Part shown: positions 34,377 to 44,022 of the stretch, piece after piece
How the letters are laid out: each line of letters begins with the position of its first letter
Position numbering within the stretch: position 1 is the stretch's first letter
Assembly: GCA_900319955.1 (NCBI GenBank)
Contig: ONQM01000003.1
Location: 17,654 to 81,653 of the forward strand
Length of the DNA stretch: 64,000 nucleotides
Direction of reading: 5' to 3'
Source of the DNA: an uncultured Eubacteriales bacterium
Lineage (GTDB): Bacteria > Bacillota_I > Bacilli_A > RF39 > UBA660
Notes under the pieces: model-generated
What the model was told of the DNA's origin: nothing
The model's database searches: none
Seen by the model: the letters and a program-made list of their open reading frames with translations, nothing else
Position numbers and translations under genes: made by a program

Positions 34377-37309
34377 TTTTCACCTTTTAATATAGTAACA
34401 TTATTAATTATTATTTGGTAATTAGAAAGTCTCCTTTCAACTCTTCCATTTATTTTTAATATGTCTTTGTTATTTACATCATATAATTTGTAAGCTTTTG
34501 GAAACAAAGTATATTCTATACTTCCAGTTGCATCACTTCCTTTAATGAATGCCATATCTTCTCCCTTCTTAGTTTTAATTTTTCTTACATTTTCAACATA
34601 TATAAGTGTATTAACACCTCTATTTAAATACTTAGGTATATCTTTTATTAAAACTACATCGTGACTTTCACTAAAGTATTTGCTTGTAGGATGTCCTGTT
34701 AAGTAAAATCCTAATAAATCTTTTTGTTTTTCAAGTAATATACTAAAGTCAAATTCTTCTTTTAGTGTAAGTTCAGGCTTCATTACCATGTCATCATCTA
34801 AATCTTTTGTAAGTGTTGCATAATTATATAGGTTATCCAAATTTTCTATTAAAGTATTTATATTTATATTAAATCTTCTAAATGCACCAATATATATTAA
34901 ACTTTCTAGAGATCCTTTTGAAACTCCTTCTTTTACAAGATGAGAAAAAGCATCATATATATCTTTAAAAGGTTCACGCCTTGCATCAATTATTTTATTA
35001 GCAACTGCTTCCCCTACTTCTTTAACTGCACTAAAAGGCATATAAATGTTTTTATCATTATAAATATAATTTTTATCACTTATATTTATTTCAGGAAGGC
35101 AAATGTTTATTCCTTTTTCTCTAGCTTCTCCAATATATTCATATGTCTTTAAAGAAACTCCTATAACATTATCAAGTAAATTCTTGTAAAATACTTCTTT
35201 ATAGTATGTTTTAAAGTATGCTAAACGATATGCAATAGTTGAATATGCAACAGAGTGAGATCTATTAAATCCATATCCTGCAAATGCTAAAATATTGTCA
35301 TATACTTTTTTTGAAATAATAGGATTTCTTCCCATTTTAGATGCTTTATCCATAAATTTTGTTTCTTCTTCTTTTAATAAATCAATTTTTTTCTTTGACA
35401 TAGCACGGCGAAGTATATCAGCTTCTCCTAAAGTATATCCTGCATAAACGGAAGCAGCCATCATAATCTGCTCCTGATAAATAAATATACCATATGTATT
35501 TTTTAGAACTGGTTCTAAAGATGGGTCTAAATACTCTACTTTTTCTTCTCCATGCTTTCTTCTAATATAAGTGTCAATATTATGACTAGGTCCTGGTCTA
35601 TAAAGAGCGATAGATGCAAAGATATCTTCAAATGAATTTGGTTTTAATCTTCTTAAAAATTCTTTCATACCATCACTTTCAAATTGAAATATACCAGTTG
35701 TATCACCGCGAGAAAATACTTCTAATACTTTCTTATCATTAAGAGGTATCTTATAAAAATTAATGTCTTTTTCATAAAATTCTTTTATATCTTTAAGTAT
35801 ATTAGAAATAATAGTTAAATTTTTAAGTCCCAAAAAGTCCATCTTAAGAAATCCTAAAGACTCTAGATATTCTGATGAATATGATGTTAGATACATTCCA
35901 TCTTCCTCTTTTAAAGGTACCATTTCATCTAGGTCAATCTTACTCATTACAATACCTGCAGCATGGGATGACGTATGTCTAGGAAGTCCCTCTAGTCTTA
36001 AACTTATATTAAATACTTTCTTTAGTGTATCATCGCTTTCAATCCGAGTTCTAAAGTTAATATTATCTTTATAAATAGTTTTTAAATCATCTTTAGAGTT
36101 TATAATAAGTTTTGAAAGAGAATCTATTTTATATTGAGGAATATTAAGGCATCTTCCTGTGTCCCTTAAAACTTGTTTAGAGGCCATTGTTCCAAATGTT
36201 ATGATACCTGCAACTTTTTTTACACCATACTTTTCTCTAACATATTTTATTACATCCTCTCTTCTTGAATCAGGAAAATCTGTATCAATATCAGGCATTG
36301 TCTTTCTTTCTGGATTTAGAAATCTTTCAAAAAGTAAATCATATTTAATTGGATCAATTTCTGTTATACCAATTGAGTATGCAACTAAGCTTCCTGCAGC
36401 AGATCCTCTTCCCGGTCCTACTAATATTCCATTTTTTTTAGACCACGCAATAAAATCAAATACAATTAAAAAGTAATTTGTAAACCCCATTTTAGTTATT
36501 ACATCTAGTTCATATAATAATCTTTTTTTATAAACATCAGTAACATTACCATCAAGTCTTTTATAAAGCCCTTTTTCTGAAAGAGTATAAAGATACTTTA
36601 CACTATCCTCTCCATTTGGAGTTTCAAAAATTGGTAAATAATTTTCTTTAATAGGAAAAATTACATTACAAATTGATAATATTTTCTCTTCATTAATTAA
36701 GCCTAATCTATCAGTATACTCATAAATATTTTCTTCATATAAGTTTTTATCTTTTATATCATAATTTAAATCATCACTTATTTTCTTTCCATCACGTATT
36801 AAAAAAGCATATTCTAAATACTTATAATCTTCTTTTTTTAAATATAAACATCTTCTAAAAAAAACTATATTTTTTGTAATTAAAAGAGCTTCTTTTTCTT
36901 CATTTAAATTTTCATAACCTAAATATAAATCAGTATAAACATTACTTAATTCTTTAAATTTATCTTTATATTCAAAGTATAAAACACATATTAAATCACT
37001 ATTATACTTTCTTAAATCATCAAATGAAAGCTTATTACTATTTTGAAGAGTTGATATTTTAACTAAGTTTTGATACCCTTTAAAGTTTTTCGCATATAAA
37101 TTAACTTCTAAATCATCTAAGATAGCATCAAGAGAAAATACGGGTTTTATACCCTCTTTCTCTGCTAAAGCTTTAAACTTCATTAAAGCATACATATTAG
37201 TATCAGAAAGTGATATCTTAGTTAAGCCACTTTTCTTAGCATAATTAATTATATCTTCAACTCTAATTAGAGATGATAAAAGTGTGTAGCAGCTTCTAAT
37301 ATTAAGCAT
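34373..37309 (-). CDS. dnaE: DNA polymerase III alpha subunit, DnaE-type (978 aa, with a degenerate PHP domain)
   Basis: GIITFGTMASKQVLRDTGRCLNI and NRSHSVAYSTIAYRLAYFKTYY match the DnaE palm/fingers. A C-terminal OB fold is present. In the N-terminal PHP region the HxH is replaced (MLNIRSCYTLLSS; ...SLSDTNMY). Confidence 0.85.
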   Translation of the reverse strand: MLNIRSCYTLLSSLIRVEDIINYAKKSGLTKISLSDTNMYALMKFKALAEKEGIKPVFSLDAILDDLEVNLYAKNFKGYQNLVKISTLQNSNKLSFDDLRKYNSDLICVLYFEYKDKFKELSNVYTDLYLGYENLNEEKEALLITKNIVFFRRCLYLKKEDYKYLEYAFLIRDGKKISDDLNYDIKDKNLYEENIYEYTDRLGLINEEKILSICNVIFPIKENYLPIFETPNGEDSVKYLYTLSEKGLYKRLDGNVTDVYKKRLLYELDVITKMGFTNYFLIVFDFIAWSKKNGILVGPGRGSAAGSLVAYSIGITEIDPIKYDLLFERFLNPERKTMPDIDTDFPDSRREDVIKYVREKYGVKKVAGIITFGTMASKQVLRDTGRCLNIPQYKIDSLSKLIINSKDDLKTIYKDNINFRTRIESDDTLKKVFNISLRLEGLPRHTSSHAAGIVMSKIDLDEMVPLKEEDGMYLTSYSSEYLESLGFLKMDFLGLKNLTIISNILKDIKEFYEKDINFYKIPLNDKKVLEVFSRGDTTGIFQFESDGMKEFLRRLKPNSFEDIFASIALYRPGPSHNIDTYIRRKHGEEKVEYLDPSLEPVLKNTYGIFIYQEQIMMAASVYAGYTLGEADILRRAMSKKKIDLLKEEETKFMDKASKMGRNPIISKKVYDNILAFAGYGFNRSHSVAYSTIAYRLAYFKTYYKEVFYKNLLDNVIGVSLKTYEYIGEAREKGINICLPEINISDKNYIYNDKNIYMPFSAVKEVGEAVANKIIDARREPFKDIYDAFSHLVKEGVSKGSLESLIYIGAFRRFNININTLIENLDNLYNYATLTKDLDDDMVMKPELTLKEEFDFSILLEKQKDLLGFYLTGHPTSKYFSESHDVVLIKDIPKYLNRGVNTLIYVENVRKIKTKKGEDMAFIKGSDATGSIEYTLFPKAYKLYDVNNKDILKINGRVERRLSNYQIIINNVTILKGEK

Positions 37310-37320
37310 ATAAAAATCTC

Positions 37321-38148
37321 CTATTCATCTATTCTTTCAACACTATAAAAGTAATAATTTGTGCCTTCTAATTTAAATGTATATTTATATCTAGTAAGTT
37401 TACTGTAATCTACTTTTTTCTTTATTTCATCAAGTGTACCAGTATAAGTTGCAAGACTATTTGAATCCATATCTTTCTTAATAATTATATTTCCAGTAGA
37501 CTGATAAACGCCATCAGATATCTTCTCCTGCTCTTCTTCTGCAAAACCAACTCTTGCATTAATTTCTATTCTATCATTATATTGATATGCAGATGTTATC
37601 TTATCAAAATATACATAGCCATCTTTATTGGTTGTATCACAAGTTTCATTTTTATTTATTGTATAAGTTCCAGCATCAGCATCATACTTAACATAAGAAC
37701 ATATTGTTTCAAAAGATCTGTTCTTATAAACACTGTTAGACCCCACAATATTCTTATAACCACTTTCTAAAATAGATGCTGAAAAAGAATTATTATTATC
37801 AAGAGTAAGACGAGAAAGTGCCATTTCTTTTATAAAAGCACTATCCATATACTCTGCATATACTTTGTCTTCAGAGTAAAAATAATAGTGTCTTAAAGCA
37901 GCATAGCTTCTACCAAGTTCAACACTCTTATAAAGACTTTGTACTTTAGAGTCATTAATATCAAGCTTAACTTTAGTCTCACTATCTTTCACTTTGTCAC
38001 TTTCAACTTTAACATTCTTAGTAGTTATCTTAATTACACCACTTAAAAATAATATATAAACTAAAAGTACTAAAACAACAACTAATAAAACATTATTAAG
38101 AACTCTATCAGTCTTTAATATTTTCTCATCTTTTTTATCCTTTTTCAT
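37321..38148 (-). CDS. Hypothetical membrane-anchored protein
   Basis: 275 aa. N-terminal TM VLLVVVLVLLVYILFLSGVI. No family recognised. Confidence 0.5.
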   Translation of the reverse strand: MKKDKKDEKILKTDRVLNNVLLVVVLVLLVYILFLSGVIKITTKNVKVESDKVKDSETKVKLDINDSKVQSLYKSVELGRSYAALRHYYFYSEDKVYAEYMDSAFIKEMALSRLTLDNNNSFSASILESGYKNIVGSNSVYKNRSFETICSYVKYDADAGTYTINKNETCDTTNKDGYVYFDKITSAYQYNDRIEINARVGFAEEEQEKISDGVYQSTGNIIIKKDMDSNSLATYTGTLDEIKKKVDYSKLTRYKYTFKLEGTNYYFYSVERIDE

Positions 38149-38666
38149 TTATATCATCCTTTTCTTTTTAATATATTAATTAATTTTTTATCAAACACTA
38201 TTAAATCGTTTTCATCAATAAACATCTGTCTTCTCATGCACCAAGCATTGTAGTTAATGCCATATCAGTTGCACATATTTTATGAAGATTACAAATATAT
38301 GAAAAATTAATAGAATCATTTACAGTATCAAGCATAAATTTCCAAGCATTTTTTATTCTTAAAAATTTTTCTATGTCTTTAACTGAAACATTATTAACTA
38401 CAACTCCCTCATATATAGCTCATGTTTGAGAAAAAGTTACATTAATACTCTCAAGTTTAGCATTCTTAAAAATAGTATCAACTATATTTCTTTTTGACCA
38501 AAATATATTATCTTCTAAAGCTATTTTATATTTATTTTCCATATGTATCACCTGACTATATTATACACGATAAAACGAGTGTATGAAAGCTAAATAATAT
38601 ATTTTTGATAAATATTTTTCTCATTTTTTTAAAATTAAAAAGATTAAAGTCTTTATTCTCTAATCT

Positions 38667-40685
38667 CTAATTATAAATAATAAGTTCATGTTCTGCACGA
38701 GTTACTGCAACATATAAAAGATTTTTTTCTTTTCCCTTAAATGAATTTACTCTGTCATTATAAATAATAACTCCTCCAAACTCAAGTCCCTTAGAAAGAT
38801 ATGCCGGTACTATAATAATATTTTTATTAAAATCTTTATCTTCTTCTTTTAGAAGTGTTATTTCAGGGCTAGCAAGTAGTTTATATATCTTTTCAGCTTC
38901 ATTATCATCTTTAGTAATTATTGCAATATCAGTATATAAATCCTTTAAATAATTAATATCATCTTCTAAGCTTTTCTTTAAATCAGCAATATTCTTTCTT
39001 ATAATTACATCTTTACCTGTTTCATTTCTAATAGCATTTACATGGTTAAGTCCAAGTATTTTATTAGAAAAATTAATTATTTCTGGAGATGATCTATAAG
39101 TTTTATTAAGCATCATAAAGTTAGTATCACCTTTAAAAAGTCCTTTTAATGTTTCTAGCGAATCATAATGATAATAAGGATTTATATTTTGGTTAGTATC
39201 TCCAAGTATTGTAAAATGAGCTTTCTTAAATATATTTTTTAGTATAACATATTCAAGTATATTATAGTCTTGAGCTTCATCTACAACTACTTCTTTAATT
39301 AAAAGGTCTGTTTTATATCCTTCTAGTTTTCCTTTTATAAATGTAATTAATAAAGCATCTTCGTAATTAGCTTCTTTTTTATTAATAAATGATTTTATTT
39401 CATCATCTGATAATTTCATTCTAGAATATTTGCTTTTAAAGAAATCACTATAAATATTCTTAAAATCTAAATCAAAATTAATAGTTTCTTTAATAATTCT
39501 TTTAAAAGTTGTTTTTTTCTTTTGCGTTCCTTTATAAAATCTTTCGGAAAGTTTTGATGCTATTTCATCTAATCTTTCAAAAAGGGGCATTCTATTATAT
39601 TTGTAATGTAAATAATCATTTAACTCCTTCTTACAAATTAAATTCTTGTCGAGTATAATATCACCATTAAATGAAGCATTTTTTTCAAAATCATTTAAAT
39701 AATAAATTAAATCTCTTAATATTTCATCACTTTGTTTATATCTTACTAATTCTTCATCATCTTCTTCTCCCATGTAATAACGTGATAAAAAATGTGTATA
39801 AGATTCTACTCCTTTATATTCTGTTAAGAAGTGTCCTAAATACTCATGGAATGTTGTCTCTTTAGTATTTCTCTCACCAAGAGAAGGTAGTACTCCACTA
39901 ATATACTCTGAAAATACATTATTAGGAGAAAAAATAAGTATTTTAGATGATGTTAAATCTTTTTCTTTGTAAAGAAGGTAAGCTATTCGGTGAAGTGCTA
40001 CTGTTGTTTTACCAGATCCAGCTAGTCCTTCAACAATTAAATTATCTGACCTTGTGTCTCTAATTACTCTATTTTGTTCTTTTTGTATAGTGTTTACAAT
40101 TGACTTTAATTTGTCAGATGTGTTTGATGCTAAGGCATCCTGTAAAAACTCATCAGTGATATTAAGATTACTATCAAATACACTAATTAATTTTTTATTC
40201 TTTATCTTATACTGTCTTTTTCTTTTTAATACACCTTTAACCAGTCCACCTGGTGCATCATATTCAGATGGACCTAACTCATAATCATAGTAAAGAGAAC
40301 ATATTGGACTTCTCCAATCATAAAGAATGTTTTCATCTTTATCTCTTAGATATGTTGTAGAAATATATATATTAAATTCTTCACCATCTTCATCTTCAAA
40401 AATAATAGATGCAAAGAAAGGATTATTTTCTATATTTTTAAGTCTTTTAAAACGTTCGTATTTAGAGTCTTTCCTAGAAACTTCTCTTGCATCTTCTTCC
40501 ATCCTACTTGCAATATCACCAGCATCAAGTGATGCAAAATCATCCCACATCATCTTTTGAAATTCTTTATAGTTTTCTTCTTCCTTTATATTTTTAAAAC
40601 CTAGTGTATCAAGTTCTTCTTTTAATTTTTTATTAACTAATTCTAAATGTTTTTTTTCTTTCTTTATCTCTTCTTCTGTAATCAT
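38667..40685 (-). CDS. helD: HelD-type (helicase IV, UvrD-like superfamily 1) DNA helicase
   Basis: Walker A EGLAGSGKTTVALHRIAYLL, DEAQD box VVVDEAQD, NKTYRSSPEI, and C-terminal LYVAVTRAEHEL. Confidence 0.8.
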   Translation of the reverse strand: MITEEEIKKEKKHLELVNKKLKEELDTLGFKNIKEEENYKEFQKMMWDDFASLDAGDIASRMEEDAREVSRKDSKYERFKRLKNIENNPFFASIIFEDEDGEEFNIYISTTYLRDKDENILYDWRSPICSLYYDYELGPSEYDAPGGLVKGVLKRKRQYKIKNKKLISVFDSNLNITDEFLQDALASNTSDKLKSIVNTIQKEQNRVIRDTRSDNLIVEGLAGSGKTTVALHRIAYLLYKEKDLTSSKILIFSPNNVFSEYISGVLPSLGERNTKETTFHEYLGHFLTEYKGVESYTHFLSRYYMGEEDDEELVRYKQSDEILRDLIYYLNDFEKNASFNGDIILDKNLICKKELNDYLHYKYNRMPLFERLDEIASKLSERFYKGTQKKKTTFKRIIKETINFDLDFKNIYSDFFKSKYSRMKLSDDEIKSFINKKEANYEDALLITFIKGKLEGYKTDLLIKEVVVDEAQDYNILEYVILKNIFKKAHFTILGDTNQNINPYYHYDSLETLKGLFKGDTNFMMLNKTYRSSPEIINFSNKILGLNHVNAIRNETGKDVIIRKNIADLKKSLEDDINYLKDLYTDIAIITKDDNEAEKIYKLLASPEITLLKEEDKDFNKNIIIVPAYLSKGLEFGGVIIYNDRVNSFKGKEKNLLYVAVTRAEHELIIYN

Positions 40686-40815
40686 AAATCTTCTCCTAGT
40701 ATACTATTTAATTTTATCACAAACTAAATATAATAAAAGGAAAAAATGTAAATAAAGATGTAAAACAATTAAACTTTTAATGACATTTGCATATTATAAA
40801 TTAGAGGTGGAGATT

Positions 40816-41088
40816 ATGTACAATAATCCATTTATGTATAATCCTGGGACATCAACTGGACTCTTAGGATCTCTTAAAAATATTGGTTTAGGAACAATTC
40901 TTTCAAATACACAAAAAACACTTGGAATAATAAATCAAGCTATTCCAATTGTATATCAAGTAAAACCTTTAATTAACAATATGAGAACTGTTTTTAAAAT
41001 TGCAGGTGAAATGAATAAACCTGATTATAAAGAAACTGCTAAAGAAGTTTTAAGTGAAGAAAGTGGAAAACCAGTTTTTTATATATAA
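40816..41088 (+). CDS. YqfQ/VrrA-like small sporulation-associated protein
   Basis: GAGGTGGAGA RBS, then MYNNPF... The segment LGTILSNTQKTLGIINQAIPIVYQVKPLINNMRTVFKI and the C-terminal ...KPVFYI resemble the C-terminus of B. subtilis YqfQ (SMLNNTQQVLRAAETVGPMIQQYGPLVRNVPAMWKLY...KPKLYI). Confidence 0.5.
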   Translation: MYNNPFMYNPGTSTGLLGSLKNIGLGTILSNTQKTLGIINQAIPIVYQVKPLINNMRTVFKIAGEMNKPDYKETAKEVLSEESGKPVFYI

Positions 41089-41091
41089 TAA

Positions 41092-41115
41092 AAGAGCCTT
41101 TAATAGGCTCAAAGT
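41092..41115. terminator. Candidate bidirectional terminator hairpin between convergent genes
   Basis: GAGCCTttaatAGGCTC stem-loop directly after the plus-strand stop at 41088. On the minus strand it is followed by a T-rich run (tttattatatat) downstream of the RNB gene. Confidence 0.35.
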
Positions 41116-41271
41116 TAAGATAGAGAGTATTTATAAAAAATTTAAATACAAAATATATGTTTTAACAAAAGCATATAAAATTTATCCTAAATTACCACAC
41201 TTCTTTCTTTTTACACACTAATCATAACAATATTTTATGTAATAAATATAAAAAGATTATGTGAAATTATG

Positions 41272-43074
41272 TTATTTTTTTATTTTTATCTTATAGTTAT
41301 TATAATCTCTTTCAAATGATGAAATATTTTTAACTTGATTATTTATATAATCAATTTCTTTTTCTATGTAATTGTATAGCTTTTTAACATCACTATTTTT
41401 TGATGTATTAAAGTAACAATTATCCATTACATACATATTTAAAATATCAGGTATTCTTCTAAGTGGAGATGTAATAGGCGCATAAATATAATTTTTTGAT
41501 TCTGGATCATCAGGCATAATTCCGTATGTTTTTTTAGATGGACATGAAGAAAGCATATTAAGAAGTACTTTATAATCATCACTTAAGAACGCTCTTTTAT
41601 TTTTTACAAGTTCTTGTGAAAGTTCACTATTATTTACTACTTCATCAAAATTATAATAAACAGCAGGTAAAGAATTTGAGTAAAAGTAATTACCTATTTC
41701 TGTATTAAGTCTTTTTGAAAAATAGTTTATAATATAACTTGATTTACTTTTTCCTTTTTCTTCAGTAAGTTCAAGTAAATTTCTAATACTTTTTGGTTCA
41801 TTTTCTGTTTTTATTAAATTATCCATAGTTTTAAAATTATATGAATATGTATTAATAATATTTGCTTTTAAACATTTCTTATCAAGTATTTCACCATCTT
41901 TAGTTAATTTAATAAAATAACATCTAGCAGGTGTCTTTTTATTAACGCCTAATGAATTCATTTCTAAAACTACATCTGGAAATAAATTAAATCTTGTTTC
42001 ACTATCTATGTATATTGGCATAGCGCGTCTCAATGATTCTTTAATAATTGGAGAATCAATTGGATAACTTGCAAGTATATCAGCAACATAAATACCCACA
42101 AGATAAGTACCATCCTTTAATTTTTCACAAGATATAGCATCATCCATAATTTTAGTGCCTGGTTGATCAATTGAAATAATTTTCTTTTTTATTACTTTTA
42201 ATCCACTTGTATCTTTTATTGTTTCAATACTATCCATAATATCTTTATTAAATTTTACACTAACAGAGTATTTCTTTGAAAGTTCATCTAATGTATCTTC
42301 TTTTTCTTTTTTAGCTCCTATTAAAAATTCATATAAATTATTTAAATAAAATAATTTTGTTTCATAATTTTTATCTTTTTTAGCATTTTTTTCCAAATCT
42401 TCAATACATATTTTTAATTTTCTTAATATTAAACGCTTTTCTTTATAATCTAGTTTAAATTTATCTTCTCCATACATTATGTTTAATAAATCTCTATAAA
42501 AAGGTAAATCACGTCCAAGTGTATCAATACATTCAATTATCTCTATGTATTTGCTACATACATTTTTAAAAAGTGATGTGCCAGTTTTATCTTTTATGTT
42601 TACTAATGAATTTGTTCTATTAAATATTTCTTCCAAGTAATCAATATTTCTTTTATCTATTGCCTCCATAATAAATGCATAAGAACTAGACTCTTTATTT
42701 AAAATATAATTTTCTAAATGTTCTAGAGCTTTTCTAAATTTATATAGTCTTTTTCTTACATCCTCAGGTAAAGCATTATTTAATGATAAATCTTCAATTA
42801 AAGCATAAATTCCTTTAATTTTTCTAAGTATTGATTTTCTATTAATTGATGGATTAACATCAAGTACATTTTTAATAGATTCAACTGAATTAAAAAGAGT
42901 GTCAAAATCTATATAGAAAAATTCATTATAATCAAAGAGTTTATCTCTCATAAGAGCAAACAAATAATTTGTTATATGATTGTTTGATAAATCTCCTGTT
43001 TTTTCTTTTATTGATTCTACTGAAATATTACATTTTCCATTTTCTATATTTAATTTTTTAACACTCTCTTGCAT
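41272..43074 (-). CDS. RNB-domain exoribonuclease (RNase II/R family) without obvious N-terminal cold-shock or C-terminal S1 domains
   Basis: IDQPGTKIMDDAISCEK matches the RNB ID..(4-5 aa)..D.DDA motif. ITSPLRRIPDIL matches the RNB FTSPIRRY.DL motif. 600 aa. Confidence 0.6.
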   Translation of the reverse strand: MQESVKKLNIENGKCNISVESIKEKTGDLSNNHITNYLFALMRDKLFDYNEFFYIDFDTLFNSVESIKNVLDVNPSINRKSILRKIKGIYALIEDLSLNNALPEDVRKRLYKFRKALEHLENYILNKESSSYAFIMEAIDKRNIDYLEEIFNRTNSLVNIKDKTGTSLFKNVCSKYIEIIECIDTLGRDLPFYRDLLNIMYGEDKFKLDYKEKRLILRKLKICIEDLEKNAKKDKNYETKLFYLNNLYEFLIGAKKEKEDTLDELSKKYSVSVKFNKDIMDSIETIKDTSGLKVIKKKIISIDQPGTKIMDDAISCEKLKDGTYLVGIYVADILASYPIDSPIIKESLRRAMPIYIDSETRFNLFPDVVLEMNSLGVNKKTPARCYFIKLTKDGEILDKKCLKANIINTYSYNFKTMDNLIKTENEPKSIRNLLELTEEKGKSKSSYIINYFSKRLNTEIGNYFYSNSLPAVYYNFDEVVNNSELSQELVKNKRAFLSDDYKVLLNMLSSCPSKKTYGIMPDDPESKNYIYAPITSPLRRIPDILNMYVMDNCYFNTSKNSDVKKLYNYIEKEIDYINNQVKNISSFERDYNNYKIKIKK

Positions 43075-43075
43075 T

Positions 43076-43981
43076 TTAGTCCCTCCTATCCTTACTTATA
43101 AGCTTCATTTCGATTGAAAGAGATTTAATTCTTTCAATAATTCTTCTAGCTTTCACTCTAGACGGGGAACTATTTGATGTTAGATGCTCTTCTAATTCTT
43201 CCAAGGTTAAGTTTGATGTAAAAAATGTAGGTAAATTTTCATTCATTCTATATTCTAGTATTGGAAGAAGTATCTCATCTCTATTCCATTCCGTAACACT
43301 TTCTGCACCAATATCATCTAAAAGTAGTATTGGAGCTTTTTTTATTTCATCATATCTTTCATCATATGATACACCAAATGATGCTTTAAGACTTCTTAAA
43401 AATTCAGGATAATGCACAATTATTCCCTTTACACCTTTTTTTGCAAGCTCATTAAAAAGTGCTGATATCATATATGTTTTACCAGATCCAAAAGATCCTG
43501 TTAAATAAATTCCTTTAGTTTCAGTGTTACTTAAATAATTATCAGTAAATTCTTTAAAATATTTAATTATTGGTAATCTATTCTTATCATCTTTATAAAG
43601 ATTTTTATAAGATGAAGTCTTTAATCTTTCAGGTTCTTCATAAAATTTAATACTAGATGTTTTTAAATACTCATCCATTTTAGAGCATGGAACTTCACTA
43701 AATATAATTCTATCATTATATTTTTCCGGTGTTAAAAGATATCCCTTTACATCTTGTTTACATTCTGAAAGATTATTACAACCAGCACATTTTTTTCTCA
43801 TTTCAACACAAGACTTTAAAATACTTGTATACTTATAAAGCTTTTCTCTTGGAATATCTAAACTTGCAACATAATTTTTAAAATCTTTATCAAGCAATTC
43901 TTTATCAAAGTTTTTTTCTAAGTCAAAGTGATGAGTATTTTTTACAATGTTTTCTAATTTTTCCATAAACTCACCACCCAA
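43076..43981 (-). CDS. dnaI: Primosomal helicase loader DnaI
   Basis: N-terminal Zn-binding Cys cluster (CAGCNNLSEC...C). AAA+ Walker A GIYLTGSFGSGKTY and Walker B ILLLDDIGAE. Collinear with B. subtilis DnaI. Confidence 0.85.
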   Translation of the reverse strand: MGGEFMEKLENIVKNTHHFDLEKNFDKELLDKDFKNYVASLDIPREKLYKYTSILKSCVEMRKKCAGCNNLSECKQDVKGYLLTPEKYNDRIIFSEVPCSKMDEYLKTSSIKFYEEPERLKTSSYKNLYKDDKNRLPIIKYFKEFTDNYLSNTETKGIYLTGSFGSGKTYMISALFNELAKKGVKGIIVHYPEFLRSLKASFGVSYDERYDEIKKAPILLLDDIGAESVTEWNRDEILLPILEYRMNENLPTFFTSNLTLEELEEHLTSNSSPSRVKARRIIERIKSLSIEMKLISKDRRD

Positions 43982-44022
43982 ATCTATTTTTATTTTAATA
44001 TGAAAATACTGATATGTAAATA

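Noticed and set aside
38190-38545. Possibility that TGA encodes Trp (Mollicutes-type code 4) given two in-frame TGAs in a plausible ORF and the very low GC
   Set aside because: Long genes (e.g. the 1385-aa and 978-aa ORFs) are free of TGA and encode Trp as TGG (e.g. NWWY encoded by tgg tgg). Annotated genes terminate cleanly under the standard code. The GerA-type germination protein gene also argues against Mollicutes.
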